A stretch of 64,000 bases of DNA from an uncultured delta proteobacterium (GCA_963778655.1 CAVZVA010000010.1:1440001-1504000), one strand, 5' to 3'. Shown: positions 9,443 to 20,262, counted from the stretch's first letter. Notes: a model not told the origin generated them from the sequence alone. Translations and numbers: made by a program.

Positions 9443-10936
9443 ATGACGGAATCGATCGCGATCATCGGCGCCGGCGTCGCGGGGCTCGCAACCGGCTGCT
9501 ACGCGCGCATGAACGGTTATCGCACGCGAATTTTCGAGCTGCACGACAAGCCGGGAGGAATGTGCACGTCCTGGGAGCGCAACGGCTACACCTTCGACAA
9601 CTGCCTGCAGTGGCTGGTGGGCACCGCTCCCGGCGAAGGCTTCCACCGCCTCTGGCTCGAGCTCGGCGCGCTGCGCGGGCGCGAGATCGTCGATCACGAG
9701 GAGCTTACGCGATACGAGCGCGCTGACGGCCGCGCGCTGGTGCTGTACACGGACCCCGACCGACTGGTCGCGCACATCAAAGAGCTCTCGCGCGAGGACG
9801 CCGGGCGCGCCGACGAGCTGCGGCGCGCGATTCAGCACTTCCGTGGCTTCCAGCCCATGCTGGACCGGCCGCACGGCGTCAAGAGCTTGCTCGAGCAGAT
9901 GGGCGCGCTGCTCGACGTCGCGCCCGCCGTGCCGGATCTGGTGCGCTACCGCAAGACCTCGGTGCAGGACTTCGCCGCGCGCTTTGCCGATCCGTTCTTG
10001 CGCGAGGCGTTCGCGGAGCTCTTCTCCTTGCCCGATTTCCCCTTCGTGGCCATGGCGGGGATGTTCGCGTTCATGGCGAACCGCGACGCCGGCTACCCGA
10101 TCGGCGGCTCGCTCCCGTTCGCGCGCGCGATCGAGCAGCGCTACCTCGGGCTGGGCGGCCAGCTCAGCTATCAGGCGCGGGTGCGCCGCATCCTGGTCGA
10201 GCGCGACCGTGCGATCGGCGTGGAGCTCGACAACGGCGAGCGCTATGCCGCCGACCTGGTGATCTCGGCTGCGGACGGGCACGCCACGCTATTCGACATG
10301 CTCGAAGGCCGTTACCTCGATCACGAGCTGCGCGAGCGCTACGGGACGCTGCCGCGCTTTCCGTCGCTGGTGCGCGTCTCGCTCGGGGTGGCGCGCGACC
10401 TGGGCCCGGAGCCGCACTCGGTCAGCTTCCCGTTGCGAGAGGCGATTCCGATCGACGGCAAGCCGGTGCGGCGCATGACGCTGCGCCACTACGCCTACGA
10501 TCCCACGCTCGCGCCCGCGGGCAAGACCGCGCTAAGCGTGGCCTTCGATTCGAGCTACGACGCCTGGCGCGCGCTGGCCCAGGACCCGCAGCGCTACGCG
10601 AGCGAAAAGGAACGCATCGCGCGCGACGTGATCGCCGGGATCGAGCAGCGCCTGCCGGGCATCGCTCGTCAGGTCGAGGCGGTCGACGTGGCCACGCCGC
10701 TCAGCTACGAGCGCTACACCGGCAACTGGCAGGGCAGCATCGAGGGCTGGCTGATCACAACGCGCACGCTCGGCATGCGCATGCCCGACAGCCTGCCGGG
10801 GCTGCAGCAGTTCCACATGGTCGGGCAGTGGACGCAGCCGGGGGGCGGGGTGCCACCCGCGGCCTGGTCGGGTCGCAGCGTGATCCGAAAGCTGTGTGAG
10901 CGCGACGGCAAGCGCTTCGAGACCACCAGCCCGTGA
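9443..10936 (+). CDS. Phytoene desaturase-family FAD/NAD(P) oxidoreductase
   Basis: IIGAGVAGL dinucleotide fold, GGMCTSWERNGYTFD, ATPLSYERYTGNWQGS, GQWTQPGGGVP; GGAGG RBS. Confidence 0.9.
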   Translation: MTESIAIIGAGVAGLATGCYARMNGYRTRIFELHDKPGGMCTSWERNGYTFDNCLQWLVGTAPGEGFHRLWLELGALRGREIVDHEELTRYERADGRALVLYTDPDRLVAHIKELSREDAGRADELRRAIQHFRGFQPMLDRPHGVKSLLEQMGALLDVAPAVPDLVRYRKTSVQDFAARFADPFLREAFAELFSLPDFPFVAMAGMFAFMANRDAGYPIGGSLPFARAIEQRYLGLGGQLSYQARVRRILVERDRAIGVELDNGERYAADLVISAADGHATLFDMLEGRYLDHELRERYGTLPRFPSLVRVSLGVARDLGPEPHSVSFPLREAIPIDGKPVRRMTLRHYAYDPTLAPAGKTALSVAFDSSYDAWRALAQDPQRYASEKERIARDVIAGIEQRLPGIARQVEAVDVATPLSYERYTGNWQGSIEGWLITTRTLGMRMPDSLPGLQQFHMVGQWTQPGGGVPPAAWSGRSVIRKLCERDGKRFETTSP

Positions 10937-11087
10937 TCTCGGCCGATCGGAACGCTTTCATTGGGGCATCACGCCCCACACGGGTGCTTTTCCCCAGCGC
11001 GCGACGCGCGAGATCGCTCGGCAGCCGCTGGCGCGCGCGATTGGTGCCGCGCTATGATCTAGGCGCTGTCGGTGTGGTGAGCTTTCG

Positions 11088-12056
11088 ATGCGCGCGTCCA
11101 CGGCCGTTTGCGTCGCTATCTGTTGTGGGCTCGCCCTTTCGCTGATGCACACGCGCTCGGCGCGCGCGACCTCGCTGCCGCATCGGCACCCCAAGCTGCA
11201 CACGCATCCCGGCATTCCGCTCGCGGTTACGGTCGATGATCTTCCGGGCGGCGGGCCCGAGGTCGGCGAGCTCACCCACGTGCGCATCGTCAAGGACATC
11301 GTCGCCGTGTTGCAGGCACACCACGTCGCGCACGCCACCGGCTTCGTGGTGGGATCGATGCTGGAGGGACAGCCCGAGCGCCAGGCCGCGCTCGACGCCT
11401 GGGTCGAAGCCGGCTTCGAGGTCGGCAATCACACCTATTCGCACCACTCGCTCGACGAGCTGGGCCTGGACGCCTACATCGAGGACATCCGTAAGAACCG
11501 GGCGGTGGTCGACCGGCTCGAGGAGCGCACCGCGCAGCGCGAGCAGTTCTTCCGCTACCCCTATCTGGAAGAGGGCCGCACCGATCGCGAGCGGCGAGCG
11601 CTGGAGCGTTTCCTAGCGATGCAGCACTACCAGGTGGCGCGCGTCTCGCTCGACTTCAGCGACTGGGCCTGGGCCGACGCGTACGTGCGTTGTCTGCAGC
11701 ACAGCGACACCCAGGCGCTCGAGTTGCTCAAGCAGAGCTACCTCGACAACGCCAAGGCCTACCTGGTGTGGTCGGTGGCTGCGGCGCACGAGGTCGTCGG
11801 CCACGCCATGCCGCAAGTGCTGCTCCTGCACGCGAACGCCGCGACTGCGCTCAACCTCGACGCCCTGTTGACCGCGTACGAGAACGCGGGCGTGCACTAC
11901 ATCTCGCTCGAGCAGGCGATCGCCGACCCCATCTACACCGCCAGCTACAACATCAGCGGCGGCACCGTATTCAGCCAGGCCAGCGAGCGCTGGAAGCGCC
12001 CGCACCCCCCGTATCTGGTGCGACCGCTCTCGCTGCTCGACCTGGCCTGTCGCTAG
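11088..12056 (+). CDS. Secreted polysaccharide deacetylase (CE4/NodB)
   Basis: TVDDLP, GNHTYSH, FRYPYL, LLLH motifs; N-terminal signal peptide. Confidence 0.9.
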   Translation: MRASTAVCVAICCGLALSLMHTRSARATSLPHRHPKLHTHPGIPLAVTVDDLPGGGPEVGELTHVRIVKDIVAVLQAHHVAHATGFVVGSMLEGQPERQAALDAWVEAGFEVGNHTYSHHSLDELGLDAYIEDIRKNRAVVDRLEERTAQREQFFRYPYLEEGRTDRERRALERFLAMQHYQVARVSLDFSDWAWADAYVRCLQHSDTQALELLKQSYLDNAKAYLVWSVAAAHEVVGHAMPQVLLLHANAATALNLDALLTAYENAGVHYISLEQAIADPIYTASYNISGGTVFSQASERWKRPHPPYLVRPLSLLDLACR

Positions 12057-12065
12057 CCGCATTGC

Positions 12066-13760
12066 TCAGCGCGGCTTGGGTGGACGCCGCCAGTGGCCGT
12101 GGTGCGGGCGCCGGGGGCGCCGGGGGCGCGGCCGCAGATCGGGGGCGCGCTCGGGTCGGATCATCAGCACGAAGAGCGAGCGCATGCGCAGCGCGCGGTA
12201 GCCGCGCCGGCGCAGCCTCCCCACGTCCTTGGGCCGATCGCGGAAGGTCACGATGAAGGTCGGCGGGTGCTCGCGCAGCACGCGCTCGTATTCTTCCTTC
12301 CAACCCGGCAGTGCGGCGCGCGCTTCGATCACGTGCCGGGACGGACAGCGCAGCCCCGACACCTGGTATACCGGCGCGGCGAAGCCACGCACGCACAGGG
12401 TGTCGCCCGGCCGCGCGCGGCGCTTGACCTCCTGGCCGACTTGCTCGAGCAGGCGGTAGTGGTCGAGCCGGTTCTGCCCGAGAAAGGGCTCGAGGTAGTC
12501 CCAGCGGTTGGTGCTGCCCGCGAGGTAGCCGGCCAGGTTGGCGAAGTGCTTGCGGTAGCTGTAATGCGGGTTGCTGCACCACCAGGGGCCGGCCGCGAAC
12601 GCCACCGCAACCAGCCCGCATGCGACCGCGACCGCGCGCCGCGGCTGCTCCGGCCACAGCACGCGCAGCCCCCACACGATGCAGGCTGCCAGCCACGGCG
12701 CGGCCACGACGAAGTGATAGCTGTAGAAGCGATACTGGATCCACACGCTGGCCAGCGCCGCGACCGTCAACCCGAGCAGCAGCGTGGTGCGCGCCGCGTC
12801 TTGCTTGCGCCCGCGGCGCCGCGACAGCACGCGTCCCAAGACCAGCCCGACGCCGGCCGTGATCAGCGCCGAGCCGCCGTACTCCAGGCAGATCCACTGC
12901 GGCAGACCGTCGACGCCGCTGGCCTTGCTGGCGTAGCGCAGCACCGCGCTGAACAGCACCTCCCACATCGCGTGAAGCCCGCCGCCGAACGCGAACGGCA
13001 GCACGCACAGCGCGAGCGTGACCAGCGATCCGAGCGCGTACGGCCCCGCGACCTCGAGCAGCGCCGCGACCGGCTGCTGCTTGCGCCGTGCGATCGCGCG
13101 CGCGCCCACGTAACCCGCGATCGGCAGCGTGATCAGCACCGCGGTGTGCTTGAACATCAGCGACGCCGCCGACAGCAGCCCGACCCAGAACGCGCGCCGC
13201 AGCGGGCGATCCTCGCCGTCGGCCGCGACCGCTGCGGCCAGCGCGAAGGTGGCCTCCCACAACTCCGGGTGCGACGTGTCCCAGTAGTCGAAGTACGTGT
13301 AGTACAGCCCGAACAACACGATTGCCGAGAGCCCCAGCTCGCCGCCGTGCTGGGTCACGCCGCTCGGCCGTGTGATGCGCGCCACGAGCGCGGCGCACGC
13401 GCCCAGCGTGAGCAGCTCGCCGATGCGAATCGCGGCCTGGCCCGGACCGAACAGCAGGCTGCACAGCGCGTGGACCGCGAAGATGCCCACCGGTTTGGCG
13501 CTCACCGCGGACACGAATGGCAGCTTGCCCAGCAGGATCCCCTGGCCCACGTACCAGTGCAGCGCCTGGTCGTTGCCATGCGGATAGAACAGCGCGGGCA
13601 GCCCGTAGCACAGCGCCAGCCCCAGCCCCAGCAGATCCAGACGGCCGCCCGGGGTCGCCAGCCACGCGCGCAGGCGCTGCAGCCGGGCCGCTCCGCGCGC
13701 AGAGGCAGCGGGGCCCTCGAGCGCGGCGCGTCCCAGCACGCTCTGGGGTTGTGAGGACAT
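12066..13760 (-). CDS. Multi-TM GT-C (ArnT/PMT-like) glycosyltransferase
   Basis: Many hydrophobic segments; GNDQALH, KPVGI, HPE and FK motifs; YSYHF. Start uncertain (13760 or 13799). Confidence 0.7.
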   Translation of the reverse strand: MSSQPQSVLGRAALEGPAASARGAARLQRLRAWLATPGGRLDLLGLGLALCYGLPALFYPHGNDQALHWYVGQGILLGKLPFVSAVSAKPVGIFAVHALCSLLFGPGQAAIRIGELLTLGACAALVARITRPSGVTQHGGELGLSAIVLFGLYYTYFDYWDTSHPELWEATFALAAAVAADGEDRPLRRAFWVGLLSAASLMFKHTAVLITLPIAGYVGARAIARRKQQPVAALLEVAGPYALGSLVTLALCVLPFAFGGGLHAMWEVLFSAVLRYASKASGVDGLPQWICLEYGGSALITAGVGLVLGRVLSRRRGRKQDAARTTLLLGLTVAALASVWIQYRFYSYHFVVAAPWLAACIVWGLRVLWPEQPRRAVAVACGLVAVAFAAGPWWCSNPHYSYRKHFANLAGYLAGSTNRWDYLEPFLGQNRLDHYRLLEQVGQEVKRRARPGDTLCVRGFAAPVYQVSGLRCPSRHVIEARAALPGWKEEYERVLREHPPTFIVTFRDRPKDVGRLRRRGYRALRMRSLFVLMIRPERAPDLRPRPRRPRRPHHGHWRRPPKPR

Positions 13761-13806
13761 CGGCCGGGCGAAGCGAACCACAGCCTCGCCGTAGGTCAAG
13801 GACCGT

Positions 13807-15117
13807 TCAAGGCGAAGCCCGGTCGGCGTCCCCGTCTCGCTCGTCTGGGTCGGGGTAGGAGCGCCAGGTCTTCTGCACGATCAAGCGCGCTCCGCGCGAG
13901 AAGGTGAGATAGGACCAAGCCCACTGGATCAACACGAACAGGCGATTCTTGAAGCCGCTCAGGTAGTAGATGTGGATGGTGAGCCAGGCCAGCCACGCGA
14001 TCCAGCCGGTCAGCCGCAGGTGGCGCAGCTGCGCGATGGCGCGGCTACGGCCGATCGTGGCCATCTGGCCCTTGTCACGGTAGGCAAACGGGGCGCGCGG
14101 CCGGCCACGCAGCTCCCCCAGGATTGTGCGCGCGACGTAGCGCCCCTGCTGTAGGGCGACCGGTGCGATGCCCGGCAAGGGCCGCCCGTCCGGGCCGAGC
14201 GCGTGAGCCAGGTCGCCCAGCACGAACACCTCGGGGTGCCCGGGCAGCGACAGATCCGCGGCCACCATCACGCGGCCCTGCGCGTCGCACCGCGCGCTGT
14301 CGAGCAAGCCCAGGCTCGAGGCCTGCACGCCCGCGGCCCACAGCACGGTGCTGGTGCCGATGCGCTCCTCGCCCACCTGCACGCCGGCGGCGTCGACCGC
14401 GGTGACGCGGCTGTTGGTCCACACCTGCACCCCGAGCGTTTCCAGATCGCGGGTGGCGCGGCTGGCGAGCTGCGGCACGAAGCTGGGCAGGATGCGCGGC
14501 CCGGCTTCGATCAGGATCACGCGCGTCAGCTTGGGGTCGATGTTGTGAAAGTCCTTGGCCAGCGTGAAGCGGCTCATCTCGCCCAGCGCCCCGGCCAGCT
14601 CCACGCCGGTCGGGCCGCCGCCCACGATCACGAAGGTGAGCGCACGCCGCCGGCGCTCGGCATCGGTCTCGCGCTCGGCCAGCTCGAACGCGGTCAGCAC
14701 GCGGCGCCTGATCTCGGTGGCTTGTTCCAGCGTCTTGAGCCCGGGGGCGAAGCGCTCCCAGGCCTCGTGCCCGAAGTAGGCGTGCTGCACGCCCGTCGCC
14801 AGCACCAGGTAGTCGTACTCGAGCGGGGCGAAGCCCTCGCCGGTGACGCGCCGCGCGCCGAGATCGACGCCGCGCACCTCGCCCTGGATCACGCTGAGGT
14901 GGGGATCGCCCGAGAGCAGCGTGCGGATCGGGACCGCGATCTCGGCCGGGCTCAGCCCCGCCATCGCCACCTGGTAGAGCAGCGGTTGAAACAGGTGATG
15001 GTTGCGGCGATCGACCACCCACAGCTCGACCTCGGTGCGGCCGCGCAGCGCCCTGGCGGCGTTCAATCCGGCGAAGCCCGCGCCCACGATCACCACGCGC
15101 TTGGGCTGCTCGCTCAC
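13807..15117 (-). CDS. ndh: Type II NADH dehydrogenase
   Basis: VIVGAGFAGL, HLFQPLLYQVA, VGGGPTGVELAG, WAAGV, DKGQMATIGR; GTG start 7 nt after TATGCT. Confidence 0.93.
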   Translation of the reverse strand: MSEQPKRVVIVGAGFAGLNAARALRGRTEVELWVVDRRNHHLFQPLLYQVAMAGLSPAEIAVPIRTLLSGDPHLSVIQGEVRGVDLGARRVTGEGFAPLEYDYLVLATGVQHAYFGHEAWERFAPGLKTLEQATEIRRRVLTAFELAERETDAERRRRALTFVIVGGGPTGVELAGALGEMSRFTLAKDFHNIDPKLTRVILIEAGPRILPSFVPQLASRATRDLETLGVQVWTNSRVTAVDAAGVQVGEERIGTSTVLWAAGVQASSLGLLDSARCDAQGRVMVAADLSLPGHPEVFVLGDLAHALGPDGRPLPGIAPVALQQGRYVARTILGELRGRPRAPFAYRDKGQMATIGRSRAIAQLRHLRLTGWIAWLAWLTIHIYYLSGFKNRLFVLIQWAWSYLTFSRGARLIVQKTWRSYPDPDERDGDADRASP

Positions 15118-15384
15118 GGCGCGCAGCATAGCGCCCGCCTGCGCGCTGGGGCACGTTTGCTCGAGGAGGGCTCGAAAACTGCAGTGTGTGCGTGACGCGC
15201 AGGCTGCCACGGGCTCGGTCGCTCGCGCGCAAGCTGCCGCGATCACCGAGGATTCGCGCGTGCCAGGGCGGCACTTGGAGCGCTGCGACTCGGCGCTCGC
15301 GTGCAGTAGACAGCCGGCAGCAACAGGCCCCATGCTCGGGCCCTGGGTTCCGGCCCGCCCGACGGCGGGACCGGTGCAGCCGCG

Positions 15385-16518
15385 ATGCAGCGCGACGAGC
15401 TGGAGCCAACGCCGTCCGAGGACGTGCACGAGCGCGACACGATGCCGGCGCCCGAACCGGTGATGACGGCGTTGCGCGCACGCCTCGACGAGACGCCGCG
15501 TGCCGTGCACCCGCTCGCGGGCGATGCCGGCGGCGTGTGCGAGCCGGACGGACCGCCCACGGTGCCGGTGCCGGCATTGCCGCCGCGGGCTGCGGTCGAG
15601 CCCGCGATGGAGAGCGCCTCCGAGCCGAGCAACGATGCGCAGGCGCTGCGGCCGCCGCCTGCCGAGCGCGCGGGCGGCGGCGCCCGCGCCCACGATCACG
15701 CGCGAGAGGCGGAGCCCGCGCACGACGACGAGGACACGCGGCCGTATCCGCTTGCCGGGCGCGGGCGGGGCTGCGAGTCGCTGCCGCCCTTGCCCGGAGA
15801 GCCGGCTGCGCTGTCGGCCCACGAGCGGGCGCTGATCGCGGCCGCGGCCGAGCCGGCTGCGTTCGAGCCCGGAGGCTCGAGCCTCGCGCCGGCCGAGCGC
15901 GCCCATCGCCCCGAGGCCAACGACACGCCCGCGAGCGCAGCCATGTTGCTGGTCGCGGCGCTGCTGCCACTCGGGGCCAGCGCGCTGTGGCTCGCGGCCG
16001 CGCACCACCAGGTCACACGCGCGGCCGCGGCGCAGGCGGCGGCCGCGCCGGCCGAGCGCGCGGCGGCCTTTGAGCTGGGATCACCTGCGCTCGCGCCTGC
16101 GCCTGCCGCGCCGCGAGCCGCACCGAGCCCTCTGCCCGGTGCGCCGCCCGCGCCTGCGGCGGCGGTCGAAGCGGGCGCGCCCGAGAGCGGGGCTCCGGCG
16201 CCCGCGCTACGCCTGCGACGCGTGCCCTCCGTTTCACGCGCGCCCGCTCTGGACCGCCCCGACACGCCGAGCCGGCAGGACGTGGTCTCCGCGCTCGAGC
16301 CCTTGCGCAGCGCGCTGCAGCGCTGCGCCGAAGGCCATCACGGCGTGGCCGCGGTCGACATCTCGGTCAAGAGCAGCGGCGCGGTCGCGCAGGCGATCGT
16401 GGGCGGCGACTTCGCGGGCAGCCCCCAGGGCTCGTGCATCGCGCGCGCGCTGCGTCGCGCCCACTTCCGCCCCTTCAAGCAGGCGCGCTTCCGCGTGCTC
16501 TACCCGTTCGCGCTCTGA
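15385..16518 (+). CDS. Single-TM protein with Pro-rich linker and C-terminal TonB-C/AgmX-PglI-like domain
   Basis: TM segment LLVAALLPLGASALWL; C-terminal LQRC...GSCIARALRRAHFRPF...YPF pattern. Start uncertain. Confidence 0.65.
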   Translation: MQRDELEPTPSEDVHERDTMPAPEPVMTALRARLDETPRAVHPLAGDAGGVCEPDGPPTVPVPALPPRAAVEPAMESASEPSNDAQALRPPPAERAGGGARAHDHAREAEPAHDDEDTRPYPLAGRGRGCESLPPLPGEPAALSAHERALIAAAAEPAAFEPGGSSLAPAERAHRPEANDTPASAAMLLVAALLPLGASALWLAAAHHQVTRAAAAQAAAAPAERAAAFELGSPALAPAPAAPRAAPSPLPGAPPAPAAAVEAGAPESGAPAPALRLRRVPSVSRAPALDRPDTPSRQDVVSALEPLRSALQRCAEGHHGVAAVDISVKSSGAVAQAIVGGDFAGSPQGSCIARALRRAHFRPFKQARFRVLYPFAL

Positions 16519-16546
16519 GCCGGGCTTCGCCCCGAGCCTGCGCGGC

Positions 16547-17542
16547 TCAGGGCCAGAAGGCGACGCCCAGCACGAGCGTGATGCGCAGCCCCCGCAGCGC
16601 CAGCAGCGTCGCCCGATCGGCGTCGAGCCCGCGGATCGGCTTGACCACGTAGCCGCCTTCGCAAGCCGTACGCAGCGCGAGCTTGGACGCCACGCGCAGC
16701 TCCAGGCTCGCGCGCGCCAGCGGGACCACGAACCAGCTCGAGAGCGTGCGACCGCTGAGATCCGGCTGGCGCGGGGACGCCGCGAGCAGGCCATAGCCGG
16801 CCCGCACCCCGAGCCCGAGCCCGAGATCGATGGGGCCGCCACCTGCGTGCCAGGCCACCGCGACGCCGAGCGAGAGATCGCGCGCGGTGGCGAGCGCCTG
16901 AGCGGTGCGCCGCTGGCCGCGCTCGATCGCGATGCCGGCGTCCAGCCCGAGCGCGGAGAAGCGCCGCGCCACGCCGAACGCGAGCAACGGCGCGAACAGC
17001 GCCGGCTCGAACGCGCGCGCTGCGCCGCCGGCCAGCCACAGCTCGAACGGTCCCCCGCGCGCGGCCGGGCTCGGCGCCGCCGCCGGCCGCGCCGCTGGCG
17101 CGCCGGTCTTGGTCGCGCGCCGCTCGCCTTGCTCGAGGCGGCTGGTCGCGATCAGCTCGGCCGTCGCCAGCGCCAGCACCCGCGCTCTGGCCTCCGGCTT
17201 GGTGCTGCGGAGATCGACCTCCAGCACCAGCGGCGCGCTGCGGCGCGCGTCTTCGACGGTGATCGTCGCCCGCTGCGCGAAGCAGCGCAGCGAGGCCCGA
17301 ACGGGGCTCGCCGGCCCATCCGCGACCGCCGTCTTGCGCTGGGTCTCGAGCTCGAGCGCGATCAGCTTGGTGATCTCCTCGCCCGGGATCTGCTCGCAGT
17401 CCTGGACCGAAAAGCTGACCGCGCCGTCGCTTTCGCTCTGGGCCTGCGCCACGGCGTGCAGGCAGACCAGCGCGCCCTGCAACAGGACGAGGCGGAGGCC
17501 GCCGCGCGCGCTGGGTCGGCCGCGAGCGTCGGGCGCGCGCAT
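16547..17542 (-). CDS. Hypothetical exported protein with C-terminal beta-strand (barrel-like) region
   Basis: Signal-like N-terminus, Cys pair, amphipathic strands ending LGVAFWP; follows the FecR gene. ATG 17542 lies 6 nt after TATGCT; alternative GTG at 17620. Confidence 0.65.
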   Translation of the reverse strand: MRAPDARGRPSARGGLRLVLLQGALVCLHAVAQAQSESDGAVSFSVQDCEQIPGEEITKLIALELETQRKTAVADGPASPVRASLRCFAQRATITVEDARRSAPLVLEVDLRSTKPEARARVLALATAELIATSRLEQGERRATKTGAPAARPAAAPSPAARGGPFELWLAGGAARAFEPALFAPLLAFGVARRFSALGLDAGIAIERGQRRTAQALATARDLSLGVAVAWHAGGGPIDLGLGLGVRAGYGLLAASPRQPDLSGRTLSSWFVVPLARASLELRVASKLALRTACEGGYVVKPIRGLDADRATLLALRGLRITLVLGVAFWP

Positions 17543-17616
17543 CCAGCGAGCATAGGGGCCCGCAGCCTCGCGGCCAAGCGCCCGTGCCGGCCCCGGCCCA
17601 GGCGGGGTGCTGGGGC

Positions 17617-18777
17617 TCACTCGTCGAGGCCGGCAAACCGCCGCACCGCGTTGACGCGCCGGCCGTTCGGGTAGCGCGCCAGATATTCCGCGGCGAGCGC
17701 ACGCGCGTGCGCCGCGTCGCCGGCGCGGTGCGCGGCCTCGACCTGGCGCGCGAGCGCGTCCTGGGCCAGCGCGGAATTCAACGACAGCGCGCGTGCCCTG
17801 CCGTACGCGGCTTCGGCTTCGCGCGCCCGCGAGAGTTGCTGCATCAGCACGTTGCCGAGCATGAACGCAGCCAGCGGTGCGCGCGAATCGCGCGGGTGAT
17901 CGTCCGCGACCCGGGCGAGATAGGGCAGCGCCGCCTCGGGGTGGCCCGAAAGGCGCGCGGCGTCGGCTGCGAGCATGAGCTCCTCGACGTCGTCGATCGG
18001 CGGGTGCTTGGTCTGCTGCAGGAGCTCATAGGCGCGCGCGAAGTCGCCGTGCTCGGCGGGCTCGCGCCAGTTGCCGCGTGCGGCCGGCGCGTGCGTCCGC
18101 GGCGCGGCCGGCCTGGCGTTGGGCAGCGCCGCATTTGGTGGCGCCTCGGCGGGGCTCTCGGCCGCCGACTCCGCTTTCGGCGTGCTCGGCTTGGGAAACC
18201 AGCCCGCTTCGCCCGCGCTCAGCACGCTTCGGCCGTCACGCCACTCGACCGCCACGCGTCCTCGCTCGACGACCACGCGGGTGCGGTCGCCCTGGCGCTC
18301 GAGCACGAACGCGGTGCCGAGCACCTCCACGGTGACGGCATCGCAGCGCACGCGAAACACGCGCCCCGACCGCCGCGTGACCTCGAAACGAGCGCGGCCG
18401 CTCTCCAGCTCGAGGCTCGTGCGCGCGGGCGACACCTCGGTCAGCACCACGTGGGTCTGTGGATCGAGCAGGTCGATCTGCGATCCGTCCGCGAGCTGCA
18501 TGCGCTGCGCGAAGGTGGCCGCGCCCGTAGCGGCACGCGCGGGCAGCTCTGTCCGGGCTGCCGGCTTGTCCGCGACCCGGCCGCCGTGCCGGAGCCCCCA
18601 TGCGCCCGCGACCGCGAGCGCGCCTGCGACCGCCGCGGATGCGAGCACCGCCCGCCGGCGCTTGCGCCGCACCAGCTTGCGCTGCGCTTGCAGCAGCGTG
18701 CGCTGAACGCGCTGATCGTCCCAGCGTTCGTCGATCTGGGCCAGCGCGGTTTCGACTTCGAGCCCTGGTTCACTCAT
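17617..18777 (-). CDS. FecR-family anti-sigma factor with C-terminal TPR
   Basis: TM segment, LADGSQIDL, LESGRARFEV, VEVLGTAF, VERGRVAV; TPR-like tail; overlaps the sigma-factor stop. Confidence 0.88.
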   Translation of the reverse strand: MSEPGLEVETALAQIDERWDDQRVQRTLLQAQRKLVRRKRRRAVLASAAVAGALAVAGAWGLRHGGRVADKPAARTELPARAATGAATFAQRMQLADGSQIDLLDPQTHVVLTEVSPARTSLELESGRARFEVTRRSGRVFRVRCDAVTVEVLGTAFVLERQGDRTRVVVERGRVAVEWRDGRSVLSAGEAGWFPKPSTPKAESAAESPAEAPPNAALPNARPAAPRTHAPAARGNWREPAEHGDFARAYELLQQTKHPPIDDVEELMLAADAARLSGHPEAALPYLARVADDHPRDSRAPLAAFMLGNVLMQQLSRAREAEAAYGRARALSLNSALAQDALARQVEAAHRAGDAAHARALAAEYLARYPNGRRVNAVRRFAGLDE

Positions 18778-19366
18778 CGCGCAGCTCCTGTTCGAGCCAA
18801 CTCTCGGCCTGGCGCAGCGCGCGCTGCACCGTCGATTGCGAGCATCCGCTGAGCTCGACGATCCGGTGAAGCGGCTCCTCGAGCACATGGCGCAGGATCC
18901 AGATCACGCGGGTGCGCGCCGGCAGGCGGTCGAGCAAGCCGGATACCTTCGCCAGCAGCACGCGCTGTTCCGTCGTCGCGCTGCGCCCGGCGAGCTGCTC
19001 GTAGTCCGAGGGCTCCATGGGCAGGTGCAGGGCGCGCAGCAAGCTCAGCTTGCGCAGCCTGCGCACGCACAGCCTCACCGTGATCTTGGCGAGCCAACCC
19101 CGGATCGCGTTCGGATCGCGCAATTGCGCCAGCCCGCGCAGGGCTTCGACGAAGACGTCTTGCACCAGGTCGTCGAGCTCGCCGTCCCGCCCGAGCAGCC
19201 GAGCCGCCACCGAGGCGACGTAGCGGGCGTGCTGGTGATACAGCGAGTCGAGCAGTGCGGGCTCGCTCCGCGCCGCCCGGGGTGAAGGCGGCGCGCCGGC
19301 GAGCTCCTGATCGGCGTCGGCGTGGACCACGCGGAGCTCCACGCCCGTGCGCCGCCGGGCGGTCAT
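18770..19366 (-). CDS. ECF RNA polymerase sigma factor
   Basis: DDLVQDVF, GWLAKIT (region 2) and LDRLP...STVQRAL (region 4). Confidence 0.9.
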   Translation of the reverse strand: MTARRRTGVELRVVHADADQELAGAPPSPRAARSEPALLDSLYHQHARYVASVAARLLGRDGELDDLVQDVFVEALRGLAQLRDPNAIRGWLAKITVRLCVRRLRKLSLLRALHLPMEPSDYEQLAGRSATTEQRVLLAKVSGLLDRLPARTRVIWILRHVLEEPLHRIVELSGCSQSTVQRALRQAESWLEQELRDE

Positions 19367-19376
19367 GGGCGTACCC

Positions 19377-20258
19377 TCAGCCGCATGTGGCCCGCCATGC
19401 GTCGAACGACGCGTGCTTGAACGTGACCGGGATCCCGAGCGCCTGGGCCTGGGCGCAAACCGCGTCCTGCTGGCCCTCGGTTTCCAGGTCGAAGACCGCC
19501 TTGTGCTGCATCTGGAACGGCGCCAGCGCGTCGCAGCGCGTGCCGGCGATGCAACCGATCGTCAGCGCCCAGTCGAAGGCGTCGGTCGCGTCCGGCCCCA
19601 GCTCGAAGTCGCCTGAGAGCCCGACGCTCAAGCCGCGCGCGTGCGCGGCCGCCGCGACAAACAGGTCGTACTGCAGCTCGTCTGCGCTGGTCAGCGCAAA
19701 GCCGCTGGCTTGCGCGTAGGCGCCGAGCGTGGAGGCGAAGACGCCGTCGAAGCCCTTGCTCAGCGCGCGATCGAAGCGCGCCGCGATCGCCTGGCGGACT
19801 GCCGCGTTGCGAACGTCGAGCCAGGACTCGTCCGGGTAGGCGCCCAAGGGCATGCCGATGGCCGATGGTGGAAAGCTCGACGCGTCGTCGCGCCAGGGCT
19901 CGAAGGAGCCCACGCTCACGTACGCGATGACCGTGCGGCCCTGAGCGTGGAGCGCGGCCACATCCTGTGCGCTGGCGTCGAACAGGTCGGCGACGAACAG
20001 GGCCGCATCGACGCCGAGATCGAGCTTGCCCGTGATCTGATACTGCAAGCTACTTCCCGGCTGCACCGCCGCCACGGCGCCGGTGTCGCGCGCCGCCGCG
20101 TCTTTCCCCGGGCCGGCATCCTGCGCGGTCGAACGGACCAGCAAGGCGCCCTCGCTCGCGCCGCAGCCCAAGCACCACGCTGTCAGCCCCGCCAACAACG
20201 CGCAATCCCGGCTGCTGATGACGGCGGACGCGCGCGAGAGGGGTAGGGCGAACAACAC
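19377..20258 (-). CDS. Endo-alpha-1,4-polygalactosaminidase-like lipoprotein (GH114)
   Basis: LQYQITG, DLFD, YVSVGSFEPWRDD, YPDESWLDVR, KGFDGV, AHARGLSVGL; lipobox CLGC. Start approximate. Confidence 0.8.
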   Translation of the reverse strand: MLFALPLSRASAVISSRDCALLAGLTAWCLGCGASEGALLVRSTAQDAGPGKDAAARDTGAVAAVQPGSSLQYQITGKLDLGVDAALFVADLFDASAQDVAALHAQGRTVIAYVSVGSFEPWRDDASSFPPSAIGMPLGAYPDESWLDVRNAAVRQAIAARFDRALSKGFDGVFASTLGAYAQASGFALTSADELQYDLFVAAAAHARGLSVGLSGDFELGPDATDAFDWALTIGCIAGTRCDALAPFQMQHKAVFDLETEGQQDAVCAQAQALGIPVTFKHASFDAWRATCG

Positions 20259-20262
20259 CTGA